The position numbers and the translations under genes were made by a program. From the NCBI GenBank assembly GCA_036381095.1, contig DASVDN010000019.1, forward strand, positions 1-30,946: DNA of 30,946 nucleotides, written 5' to 3'. Positions 1 through 7,846 of the stretch are shown here, one piece after another. Each line of letters begins with the position of its first letter. Position 1 is the stretch's first letter. The stretch comes from Nitrolancea sp. GTDB taxonomy: Bacteria > Chloroflexota > Chloroflexia > Thermomicrobiales > Thermomicrobiaceae. The notes under the pieces were generated by a model that saw only the letters and a list, made by a program, of their open reading frames with translations, did not search any database and was not told where the DNA came from.

Positions 1-1308
1 CGCGAATCGTCGCGCGACGCCCGCGAATGGATCGCTTCGCTGGAGCAGACCGAGCGTGAGCGCACCGGCATCAAGTCGCTCAAAGTCGGCTACAACAAGG
101 TCTTCGGTTATTACCTTGAAGTGAGTCACAGCAATAGCGCGCACATCCCCGAGGATTACCAGCGCAAGCAGACGCTGGTGAACGCCGAGCGCTACATTAC
201 GCCGGAGCTGAAGGAATACGAGAGCCGTGTGCTCAACGCCGAGGAGCAGATCGGTAATCTCGAAGCGCAGGTCTATCGACAGCTGCTCTATCAGGTTGCC
301 GAGGCCGCCGATCCGATTCGCGAGACGGCCGCCAACCTGGCCCGGCTCGATGCCTTCGCGGCGCTGGCCGAGGTCGCCATGCGGCATGGCTATGTCCGGC
401 CCGAGGTCGATGACAGCACAATGCTCGACATCGTCGGCGGTCGGCATCCGGTCGTCGAAGCGACGCTCGAACCGGGCCAGTTCGTGCCGAATGACACGGT
501 CCTCGACACCGCAGAGGAGCAGATCGTCATCCTGACCGGACCGAATATGGCGGGGAAATCGACGTACCTCCGGCAGGTTGCACTGATCGTCCTGCTCGCC
601 CAGATCGGCTCCTTCGTTCCGGCCGAACGCGCTCGCATCGGGTTGGTCGATCGCATCTTCACGCGTCTCGGCGCCCAGGACGACATCTCCTCCGGCCAGA
701 GCACCTTTATGGTCGAGATGGTCGAAACCGCCGCGATCCTGCACCACGCGACGTCGCGCTCGCTCGTCGTACTCGACGAAATCGGCCGCGGCACCAGCAC
801 CTATGACGGCCTCGCCATCGCGCGTGCCGTCGTCGAGCAGTTGCACAACAGCAGCCGCCTCGGTTGCCGCACGCTCTTCGCCACGCACTACCATGAACTG
901 ACCGAGTTGGAAAACGTGCTGCCGCGCGTGCGCAACGAACGCGTCGACGTGCTCGAAGAGGGCGATAGCGTTGTCTTCCTGCATCGCGTCGTCCGAGGCG
1001 GTGCCGACCGGAGCTATGGCATCCACGTGGCGCAACTCGCCGGCATGCCGCGCTCGGTCGTGCGCCGCGCCCGCGAGATTCTGCACGATCTGGAAGATGG
1101 CGCGCCGGGCAAGAGCGAGCGAAACCGTCGACGCAAAGCGATCGGCGACGCGCAGGAACCGGCCATGCAACTCACCTTCTTCGGTGCACCCGATCCGGTC
1201 GTCGAACACCTCAAACAGCTCGACGTCGAGGCGCTCTCCCCTCTCGAAGCGCTTACCGCCCTCTTCGAGTTGCAGCGCCAGGCTCAGAACGGGACGCAGA
1301 GTACCTAA
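1..1308 (+). CDS. mutS: DNA mismatch repair protein MutS (5'-truncated by window edge)
   Basis: Frame is open from base 1 (RESSRDAREWIASLEQTERERTGIKSLKVGYNKVFGYYLEV), with Walker A LTGPNMAGKST, IFTRLGAQDDISSGQSTFMVEM, LDEIGRGTSTYDG, FATHYHEL and RSYGIHVAQLAGMP, all MutS hallmarks. Confidence 0.97.
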   Translation, partial: RESSRDAREWIASLEQTERERTGIKSLKVGYNKVFGYYLEVSHSNSAHIPEDYQRKQTLVNAERYITPELKEYESRVLNAEEQIGNLEAQVYRQLLYQVAEAADPIRETAANLARLDAFAALAEVAMRHGYVRPEVDDSTMLDIVGGRHPVVEATLEPGQFVPNDTVLDTAEEQIVILTGPNMAGKSTYLRQVALIVLLAQIGSFVPAERARIGLVDRIFTRLGAQDDISSGQSTFMVEMVETAAILHHATSRSLVVLDEIGRGTSTYDGLAIARAVVEQLHNSSRLGCRTLFATHYHELTELENVLPRVRNERVDVLEEGDSVVFLHRVVRGGADRSYGIHVAQLAGMPRSVVRRAREILHDLEDGAPGKSERNRRRKAIGDAQEPAMQLTFFGAPDPVVEHLKQLDVEALSPLEALTALFELQRQAQNGTQST

Positions 1309-1416
1309 TATTTGAACCCTCTACGCCTCTGCGAGAGACACGTTTCGTGTTGAGGACGGCGACGCGTTATCCTTCACACAGCAGTGCATGGACCGGCAGG
1401 ATCGTTTGGGGGGCGC

Positions 1417-2862
1417 GTGTTTACGCTGGAAGATGTCTTGATCGGTGCGGCGGATGATGTCGTGGGTCGCCCTGACACGGCACGATTTGCCGAGATCGTG
1501 TTCTCCGGAGCAGCAATCGATTCACGGCTGGTCGGGCCAGGCGAACTGTTCGTCGCGCTGCGCGGTGAGCAGCATGACGGGCATCGTTATCTCGCGGCCG
1601 CCTTTGATCGTGGCGCACAGGCCGCACTCGTGCGACGCGATGCGCTCCGCTCGCTCGCCCTTGAGGCTGCGTTCGTGCTTGATCCCGACAACCCGCCAGA
1701 TGACGTGACACTGGATGATGACCAACCGCTCCTGGTCGCGACCGACAGCACGCTCGACGCGCTACATCGCATCACGCGCAATCATCGACGCAAGTTCAAT
1801 CCGCATCTCATCGGGATCACTGGCAGCGTCGGCAAGACCTCGACCAAGGAAGCAGTCGGGGCTGTGCTTTCCCAGCATTTCAACACGCTCAAGACGCCGC
1901 GCTCTTACAACAGCGAAAGCACCATGCCGCTGACCATCCTGCAGATGGGGCCGGAACACGAAGCCGCTGTTATCGAAATGGGCACCTACGGGCCGGGCGA
2001 AATCGCCTTGCTTGCCTCGATCGCGGTGCCGCAGATCGGCATCGTCACCAACGTCGGGCCGTCGCATATGGAGCGCATGGGCACGATCGAGGCGATCGCC
2101 CAGGCCGAAGGCGAAGTGATCGACGCGCTGCCCGACGACGGCATCGCCATCCTGAACTACGACGACGAGCGGGTGCGCGCGATGACGAGTCGCACCAACG
2201 CACGCCCTTTCTTCTTCGGTCTCGACGCGAAGGCCGATCTCTGGGCCGACCAAGTCATAAGTCACGGCTTCGACGGTATCACACTCCAGGCGCACTACCA
2301 GGGCGAAGCGGTCGATCTGGCACTGCCGCTGATGGGCAAGCATCACGCCTACACCGCGCTGGCGGCCTCAGCCGCCGGACTCGCGCTCGGCCTCAGTTGG
2401 GATGAAATCGCGGCCGGCTTGAAAACCTGCGGCGAACGGCTCCGCTTCATCACCCTCCCCGGGCCGGCCGGCTCAACGATTCTCGACGACACCTACAACG
2501 CCAGCCCGGTCTCCTGCGTCGCCGCCCTCGATCTGCTGGCGGAACTCGATGGCCGCCACATCGCCGTCTTCGGCGATATGTACGAGCTTGGGCCGGCCGA
2601 AGAAGAGGCACACCGCATCGTCGGCCGCCACGTCGCGCAGACCGCCGACCTGCTCTACGTCGTCGGCGAACGCGTCCACTGGATCGCTGAAGAAGCTCAC
2701 TCCCACAATCCAGCCATCGAAATCCACCAGGCCCCCGACAAACCAGTCCTCGCCGCGATGCTCAGATCGGCGCTTCGAGCGGGCGACTATGTGCTCGTCA
2801 AAGGCGCACGCGGCATGGCAATGGAAACAGTGGTGGCCGCACTCACCGAGACGCGCGACTGA
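1417..2862 (+). CDS. murF: UDP-N-acetylmuramoyl-tripeptide--D-alanyl-D-alanine ligase MurF
   Basis: AIDSR..GELFVALRGE..DGH N-domain, GITGSVGKTSTKE P-loop, IEMG, TNVGPSH, LNYDD, DDTYNASP, GDMYELG, VKGARG. The ORF track starts at GTG 1384; GTG 1417 (MFTLEDV) follows a G-rich RBS-like run and is preferred. Confidence 0.93.
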   Translation: MFTLEDVLIGAADDVVGRPDTARFAEIVFSGAAIDSRLVGPGELFVALRGEQHDGHRYLAAAFDRGAQAALVRRDALRSLALEAAFVLDPDNPPDDVTLDDDQPLLVATDSTLDALHRITRNHRRKFNPHLIGITGSVGKTSTKEAVGAVLSQHFNTLKTPRSYNSESTMPLTILQMGPEHEAAVIEMGTYGPGEIALLASIAVPQIGIVTNVGPSHMERMGTIEAIAQAEGEVIDALPDDGIAILNYDDERVRAMTSRTNARPFFFGLDAKADLWADQVISHGFDGITLQAHYQGEAVDLALPLMGKHHAYTALAASAAGLALGLSWDEIAAGLKTCGERLRFITLPGPAGSTILDDTYNASPVSCVAALDLLAELDGRHIAVFGDMYELGPAEEEAHRIVGRHVAQTADLLYVVGERVHWIAEEAHSHNPAIEIHQAPDKPVLAAMLRSALRAGDYVLVKGARGMAMETVVAALTETRD

Positions 2863-2872
2863 AATCGCGAGC

Positions 2873-2986
2873 GCGCCATGACTGTCGCCCTCATCACCCC
2901 ACCACGCAAATTGCAGGAACACGCACCCATCCGCACAAAGACACCCCTCTCCCGCGCGGCGCGGGAAAGGGGCCGGGGGTGAGGGC
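2873..2986. repeat. Composite REP/MITE-like element, short copy
   Basis: GCGCCATGACTGTCGCCC (2873-2890), GCAGGAACAC (2913-2922), 21 nt, then CCCCTCTCCCGCG-cgg-CGCGGGAAAGGGG hairpin (2944-2972). All three parts recur in the same order at 11721-11876. Lies between convergent genes. Confidence 0.75.
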
Positions 2987-2994
2987 GGCTTCTC

Positions 2995-4107
2995 TTAGTT
3001 TCCAGCCAACCCTGTCGCACTGGCCGGCAGGTTGCCGAACGTGCCAAGCGGTGAGAGCGAGCCGGTGGAGGAAACCTGGAACGCGCTGATCGTGCCATCG
3101 CTGTTGCGGGCGTAGAGGAAGCGACCGTTTCCGCTGACAGCCATGTCGGTCGGATGCGGGCCGGTCGCGGCGGTTAGTCCATCAGCGTCGAGGATCGTCA
3201 GATCGCCGTTATGGCCGATGTGATAGCCGGTAATCGCGTTAGTCGCCGCGTCCGTCGTATAGGCGAAGTGGCCGTTGCCACCGATCGTCACCCAGCAGGG
3301 CGCCATCTGATTCGTCGCGACCGACGCGCTGACCGTCTGCAGATTGCCTGTCGAATCGATGCGGTACGACGACATCGTGTTCGTGCCAGCCTCGGAGACG
3401 ATCAGATTGCCGTAGCGATCGAAGGCGAAGCCATAGGGCACGGGGCCACTCGACGCTTGTGCGTTTGGTCCCTCGGCACGGCCGAAGAAGTCGAGGTGAT
3501 ACGTGTCGATCATGTTACTGGCGCGCTCGGTCACGACCAGTGCGCGACCATCCGGCGCGAACGAGATCTGCGCCGGATTCGTGGCGCCGCCACTCAACGG
3601 GCGCGTCGAGCCGGGCAGGGCATTGAGTGACCCACGCGGGCTAAGGGAGAAGCCGCTGATGTTGCCAGCGCCGCCGGCGTTGAGAACGTACACGAGGTTG
3701 CCGGATTGCGTCAGGCTAATCGGCATCGTGCCGCCCGAATCGACCACGCTCACGAGCGTTGGGCCGAACGGCGTGACGCGGAACGACGAAATCTGGTTGC
3801 TTCCCGCGTCAACCGCGAAGACCCAGCGACCGTTGTCGCTCAGGACCACGGCGCCCTGCGAACCGAGGGCTGTGCCAGTGCCGAGACCACCGGCTGCGAC
3901 CGTGCCGGCCGGGCTGAGCGTGCCATCGTTGGCACGGTGGAAGACCGCCAGCGCGTTGCCGCTCGCTTCGTTGGTGATCGCGTAGACGTCGGCGCCGTTG
4001 TCGGAATGCGCCGACGCGCCGGCCGCCAGCGAAACAAGCAACGACAAGACGATCGCCAGGGCACCAATTCCTCGCACGAACAGTAATCGGTGACGATGTA
4101 ACATCAT
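2995..4107 (-). CDS. Secreted beta-propeller protein, lactonase (6-phosphogluconolactonase/cycloisomerase 2) family
   Basis: Repeated propeller blades (GGTMPISL, GATNPAQISFAPDG, GPVPYGFAFD, GPHPTDMAVS), N-terminal hydrophobic signal ending AGASA. RBS GAAAGGGAG precedes ATG 4107; the ORF track extends to 4122. Confidence 0.75.
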   Translation of the reverse strand: MMLHRHRLLFVRGIGALAIVLSLLVSLAAGASAHSDNGADVYAITNEASGNALAVFHRANDGTLSPAGTVAAGGLGTGTALGSQGAVVLSDNGRWVFAVDAGSNQISSFRVTPFGPTLVSVVDSGGTMPISLTQSGNLVYVLNAGGAGNISGFSLSPRGSLNALPGSTRPLSGGATNPAQISFAPDGRALVVTERASNMIDTYHLDFFGRAEGPNAQASSGPVPYGFAFDRYGNLIVSEAGTNTMSSYRIDSTGNLQTVSASVATNQMAPCWVTIGGNGHFAYTTDAATNAITGYHIGHNGDLTILDADGLTAATGPHPTDMAVSGNGRFLYARNSDGTISAFQVSSTGSLSPLGTFGNLPASATGLAGN

Positions 4108-4329
4108 GACGCTCCCTTTCACGCGGAGGCTGAACGCTCCGCCGTTCTCACGAACGCAACCCTGTGCGCATGGTTCGATCGTAGGGGTGAGGCGCTTTCG
4201 AAGTCTTTACCGGAATCTGTCGTGATTCTTTCGCCCAGTTCATCGCTGTAAGAATTCGCGGGCGCCGGATCGCCGGTATACTGGCGGAGAAGCCAGGGTA
4301 GCGATCGGTGCAGCGAATGGAGGATGCGT

Positions 4330-4839
4330 GTGAATTGGGCGGAAATGGCGGTACGGGCGCTGATCGAGAGCGGCATCCAGCAGGTGATCTATGTCCCTGA
4401 CAACGCGCTCATCCCGCTCATTGATGGCTTTCGCGCCGATGGGCGGCTGACCGTTTTCTCAGCCAGTCGCGAAGAAGAAGCGATCGGGATCGCCTGCGGC
4501 GCGTTTCTTGGAGGTCAGCGCGCGCTTGTCATGATGCAGAGCAGCGGTTTCGGAAATATCCCGAACGCGCTCGCCTCGCTGGCCGTGCCATATCAGATTC
4601 CGCTTGTCATGATCATCTCCGAGCGAGGCGCGCTCGGAGAATATAACTCGGTGCAAGTACCGATCACGCGCGTCATCCGTCCGACGCTCGATGCGCTCGG
4701 CATTCCGCATTACACCCTCACGCGCCCGGACGAAGTCGATTTCATCGCGCGCCGCATCACGTCGCAAGCCTTTAGCACCCAGCAACCGGCCGCCATCATC
4801 CTCTCGGCACTGCTCACCGGCGGCAAGCAGGATCGCTAA
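4330..4839 (+). CDS. ThDP-dependent decarboxylase alpha subunit, sulfopyruvate decarboxylase ComD-like (PYR domain)
   Basis: SREEEAIGIACGAFLGG..MMQSSGFGNIPNALASL..YQIPLVMIISERG matches the ComD / phosphonopyruvate decarboxylase PYR domain. GGAGG at 4319-4323 favours GTG 4330 over ATG 4324. Confidence 0.8.
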   Translation: MNWAEMAVRALIESGIQQVIYVPDNALIPLIDGFRADGRLTVFSASREEEAIGIACGAFLGGQRALVMMQSSGFGNIPNALASLAVPYQIPLVMIISERGALGEYNSVQVPITRVIRPTLDALGIPHYTLTRPDEVDFIARRITSQAFSTQQPAAIILSALLTGGKQDR

Positions 4840-4875
4840 GACACATATGGCAAACACAAGAGATGGAGAAGATGC

Positions 4876-5481
4876 ATGACCGTTCAGGCTCGATTCGGTG
4901 GCGAGGTGATGAACCGGCTCGATCTCACTCGGCGGCTGGTCGCGCTCCTGACGCACGGCGAAGCGATCGTCGGCGGCATCGGCAACTCAAACTTCGATCT
5001 GATGGGAGCCGGTCACCGACCGGAGAATTTCTACATGCTCGGCAGCATGGGGATGGCCGTGCCGATCGGCCTCGGCATCGCGCTGGCGCAGCCGGAGCGG
5101 CGCGTCTTCGTGCTCGACGGCGACGGCTCGCTGCTGATGAACCTCGGCTGTCTGCCGACCGTGGCGCAGGTCGCGCTGAAGAACCTGACGATCGTCGTTT
5201 GGGACAACTCCGCCTATCAGATCACCGGTAAACAGGCGACACCGACCGCCGAGCATACCGACCTCGTGACCGTCGCACGCGGTGCCGGTATCGCCAGCGC
5301 CGAATGGGCCAAGGCCGAGGAACATTTCGAGCAATTGGTGGAGCGCGCACTCCACGACGACGGTCCGCATTTCATCGGCGTCCGCGTCGATCAGTCACCC
5401 GGCCAGGCCCGCCCCGAACGTGACCCCGTCATCCTGAAAGACCGCTTCATGCGCGGCATCGGCGTGAAGGGAATGAACTGA
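4876..5481 (+). CDS. ThDP-dependent decarboxylase beta subunit, sulfopyruvate decarboxylase ComE-like (PP domain)
   Basis: NFYMLGSMG, ThDP-binding motif LDGDGSLLMNLG...WDNSAYQITGKQ. Alternative start ATG 4909 (MNRLDL). Confidence 0.82.
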   Translation: MTVQARFGGEVMNRLDLTRRLVALLTHGEAIVGGIGNSNFDLMGAGHRPENFYMLGSMGMAVPIGLGIALAQPERRVFVLDGDGSLLMNLGCLPTVAQVALKNLTIVVWDNSAYQITGKQATPTAEHTDLVTVARGAGIASAEWAKAEEHFEQLVERALHDDGPHFIGVRVDQSPGQARPERDPVILKDRFMRGIGVKGMN

Positions 5482-5499
5482 GGTTTGTGGGTCATGCCG

Positions 5500-5534
5500 T
5501 TCCTGGTAGGGGCAGCCACTGCCCCTACCAGGAA
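5500..5534. repeat. Perfect 16-bp inverted repeat with GTAGGGGC core (REP-like; possible bidirectional terminator)
   Basis: TTCCTGGTAGGGGCAG-cca-CTGCCCCTACCAGGAA between convergent stops at 5481 and 5564. Confidence 0.8.
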
Positions 5535-5563
5535 GCGTCGACGATTCTGCACTTTGCAGATCG

Positions 5564-6775
5564 CTATGATGCAACCACCGCTGCACGCCCACCACGCAGC
5601 GCGAGTACGGTAAGCGGCACGAGGAGCACGAGCGCGAAGATGGCGCTGGCATAGAAGATCGCGGTCATCGCGACCGATTGATAGAGCGGCGTAAACCAGA
5701 GCGGACAGACGGCCAACGCGAGGAACCGCGCGCTGCCGAAGAGCGACGCCGCCGTACCACGGTGTCTCGGGGCGAGATTCACGGCCAGCGTGCTCAGCCC
5801 GGTCCAGGCGACGATGCTCGTCGCGCCGAGCAGAAAATTCCCGACCGCGAAGACGATCCAGGACGACGCCATACCCATGATGGTGAGCGACAGCGCGACA
5901 CCGATCATGCCCCCAGCCACACCACGAAACACCCCAATGCGTTCGATCACGTAGCCGGAAAAGGGGCCGAGCAGCAGCCCGGCTAAGCCATAGGTCGCCA
6001 GAATCAGACCAGCCGACGAGACGCTCAAGCCCCAGGCTTCGCCGAGGTAATCGGCAAAGAGATAGCCTGCTCCCCGAATCGCGTTGCTGGCGATAAACGA
6101 GAGCAGCGCCAGCAGGATCATCTGCATACCGAGCGCGGCGGCCATGGCACGCAGATCGGCGCGCAGGCTCTGTCCATGCCCGCTCGGCGGCACAGCGTCG
6201 CTATGGCGCTGGAACCAGAGAACGATCCAAAAGAGCAGAAGCCAGTTCGACACGCCAAACGCGAGATACGGCAGGCGCCAGCTCATGCCACCGAGCAGAC
6301 CGCCGAGCAGCGGCGCCAGCATCGTGCCGGCCAGATTGGCCGTGTTGAGAAAGCCCATCGTGCGGCTCAGACGCGGCCCCGGCACGATATCGCCAAGCGT
6401 CGCCATCAACAGCGGCGAGGTGAAGGCGTTCATCGCGCCCTGGAACACTTGTAGCAGTAGAAAGATCTGGAAGTTCGGTGCCAACCCGGTCAGCACCGTC
6501 GCGATACCGAAGCCACCGAAGCCGATGATGAGCGAGGCGCGGCGCGACGTGAGATCGGAAATGCCGCCCGAGACGAGTTGCACCACGCCGTACGGCAGCA
6601 TGTAGGCGGGGACGGCGAGCGAGAGCACCGAGCGATCGACGCCGAAGGCGCCCATCAGCACGGCAAAGAGGACCGGCACGACACCGCCGCCCATCGGGCC
6701 ACTCAGCCCGCCGAGATAGAACGGCAAGAGTTGCCACGTCGAAAAATCGGGGGTTGACCTGACGGACGACGGCAT
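5564..6775 (-). CDS. MFS transporter (DHA1-like, about 12 TM)
   Basis: 403 aa of alternating hydrophobic helices, motif A GGISDLTSRR, motif C APLLGGLLGG, second-half GYVIERIG. Starts 8 nt after the stop of the beta-lactamase-like gene. Confidence 0.88.
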   Translation of the reverse strand: MPSSVRSTPDFSTWQLLPFYLGGLSGPMGGGVVPVLFAVLMGAFGVDRSVLSLAVPAYMLPYGVVQLVSGGISDLTSRRASLIIGFGGFGIATVLTGLAPNFQIFLLLQVFQGAMNAFTSPLLMATLGDIVPGPRLSRTMGFLNTANLAGTMLAPLLGGLLGGMSWRLPYLAFGVSNWLLLFWIVLWFQRHSDAVPPSGHGQSLRADLRAMAAALGMQMILLALLSFIASNAIRGAGYLFADYLGEAWGLSVSSAGLILATYGLAGLLLGPFSGYVIERIGVFRGVAGGMIGVALSLTIMGMASSWIVFAVGNFLLGATSIVAWTGLSTLAVNLAPRHRGTAASLFGSARFLALAVCPLWFTPLYQSVAMTAIFYASAIFALVLLVPLTVLALRGGRAAVVAS

Positions 6776-6783
6776 CTCCTCGA

Positions 6784-7692
6784 TTACGATGCGCCGCCGT
6801 CTTGACCCACGAAGGCGTCGTAGACGACCTTCGAGAGCTTCGCCAGCAGCTCAGTCGCCGCCACGCCGCTTTCGGCGCGCTTCGACATCAGCGCGATGCC
6901 GTAGGTCGTGTCGCCCGCGTAGACGATGCCGATATCGTTGCGCACACCCTTGACCGAGCCGGTCTTGTGCGCCACTTGCACGCCGAAGGGGAGCAGCGCC
7001 GGGATGCGCTCGGCGAACTTCTGGCGCTTCAGAATGTCGATGACGGCGTCACGCGAAGCGGCGCTCAGCCCGTCGCCTTTATGGATCGTCTCAACCAGGT
7101 GAAGCAAGTCGTTCGGCGTCGAGATGTCGTTGTCGGGCGTCTCCTTGAGCGCGTTGCTCTCCCAGGGCGATTCGGTCTCGTCGAGACGGCGCTTGAGTTC
7201 CGCATACGTAAGCGACGGGTCAGCCGGATCGAGATTCTGGAGGCCGGCCAGGATCTCCCAGCAGCCGAGCGGCAGGTGCGTCTGCGTCATGCCCAGGCGC
7301 GCCAGCGTCTCGGCCACCGGCCCACGTCCGATCAGGTCGTAGATGATATCGGTCCCGGCGTTATCGCTGACGACGATCATCAACGTGGCGATGTCTTTGA
7401 CGGTCAACACCGCACCGGCATCGAGATCCTGCAAGACGCCGGAGCCGGGAACGCGCTGGCGGTCTTCGAAGGTGATGCGCATGGCCGGATCGATAATCCC
7501 TTGATCGACCTGGCGGTAGAGTTCGTAGAGCAGCGCCGTCTTGAAGGTACTGGCGGTCGGGAAGATCGTATCGGCGTTGAAACGAATCTCCTCACCGCTG
7601 CCGAAATTTTTGGCCGCCAGGCCAACGACACCGTCGAATGGCTCAACGAGCGCGCGAATCTGGTCCATGGCCCCGGTCGGCTCGGCGTTCAT
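6784..7692 (-). CDS. Class A beta-lactamase-like serine hydrolase (SxxK acyltransferase), no signal peptide
   Basis: FPTASTFK (SxxK), VVSDN (SDN), AHKTGS (KTG), VPGSGVLQ, ISTPND. No canonical omega-loop ExxLN and no export signal. RBS GAGGAGAAGGA precedes ATG. Confidence 0.85.
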   Translation of the reverse strand: MNAEPTGAMDQIRALVEPFDGVVGLAAKNFGSGEEIRFNADTIFPTASTFKTALLYELYRQVDQGIIDPAMRITFEDRQRVPGSGVLQDLDAGAVLTVKDIATLMIVVSDNAGTDIIYDLIGRGPVAETLARLGMTQTHLPLGCWEILAGLQNLDPADPSLTYAELKRRLDETESPWESNALKETPDNDISTPNDLLHLVETIHKGDGLSAASRDAVIDILKRQKFAERIPALLPFGVQVAHKTGSVKGVRNDIGIVYAGDTTYGIALMSKRAESGVAATELLAKLSKVVYDAFVGQDGGAS

Positions 7693-7735
7693 CGTGTTTC
7701 CTTCTCCTCATTCGTAACCGTTTTTTCGCAGAGCC

Positions 7736-7764
7736 ACGGTAGCACGACCGGGTAACCGCTGCAA
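7736..7764 (-). promoter_or_regulatory. Putative sigma70-type promoter for the SxxK hydrolase-MFS unit
   Basis: On the minus strand TTGCAG-N17-TACCGT with a TG extension (TGcTACCGT), about 45 nt before ATG 7692. Confidence 0.45.
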
Positions 7765-7783
7765 TCGCGGGAATCGCGCGCTC

Positions 7784-7814
7784 TTGACAGCCGCCGCGTG
7801 GGTTGGGATACTCT
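7784..7814 (+). promoter_or_regulatory. Putative sigma70-type promoter for ABC module 1
   Basis: TTGACA at 7784-7789, then GATACT (17-nt spacer) or TACTCT (19-nt spacer). Confidence 0.55.
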
Positions 7815-7834
7815 CAGCGTTGCCTTATAACATG

Positions 7835-7846
7835 TTGTGTATACAT
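7835..7846. promoter_or_regulatory. Putative GntR/HutC-type operator
   Basis: TTGTGTATACAT fits the GT-x-TA-x-AC pattern of HutC-subfamily sites, about 20 nt downstream of the module 1 -10 box, next to palindrome AACATGTT. Confidence 0.4.

Noticed and set aside
6784-7692. Calling the SxxK protein a bona fide resistance beta-lactamase
   Set aside because: No signal peptide and no recognisable omega-loop ExxLN. Activity cannot be inferred from the three motifs alone.
6802-7755. Long antisense or alternate-frame ORFs (e.g. 6802-7755 +, 9442-10359 -, 13834-14838 +, 16002-16673 +, 18644-19447 +, 21554-22216 -)
   Set aside because: They are shadows of well-supported genes in high-GC DNA, are Arg/Ala/Pro-rich, and show no family motifs or RBS.
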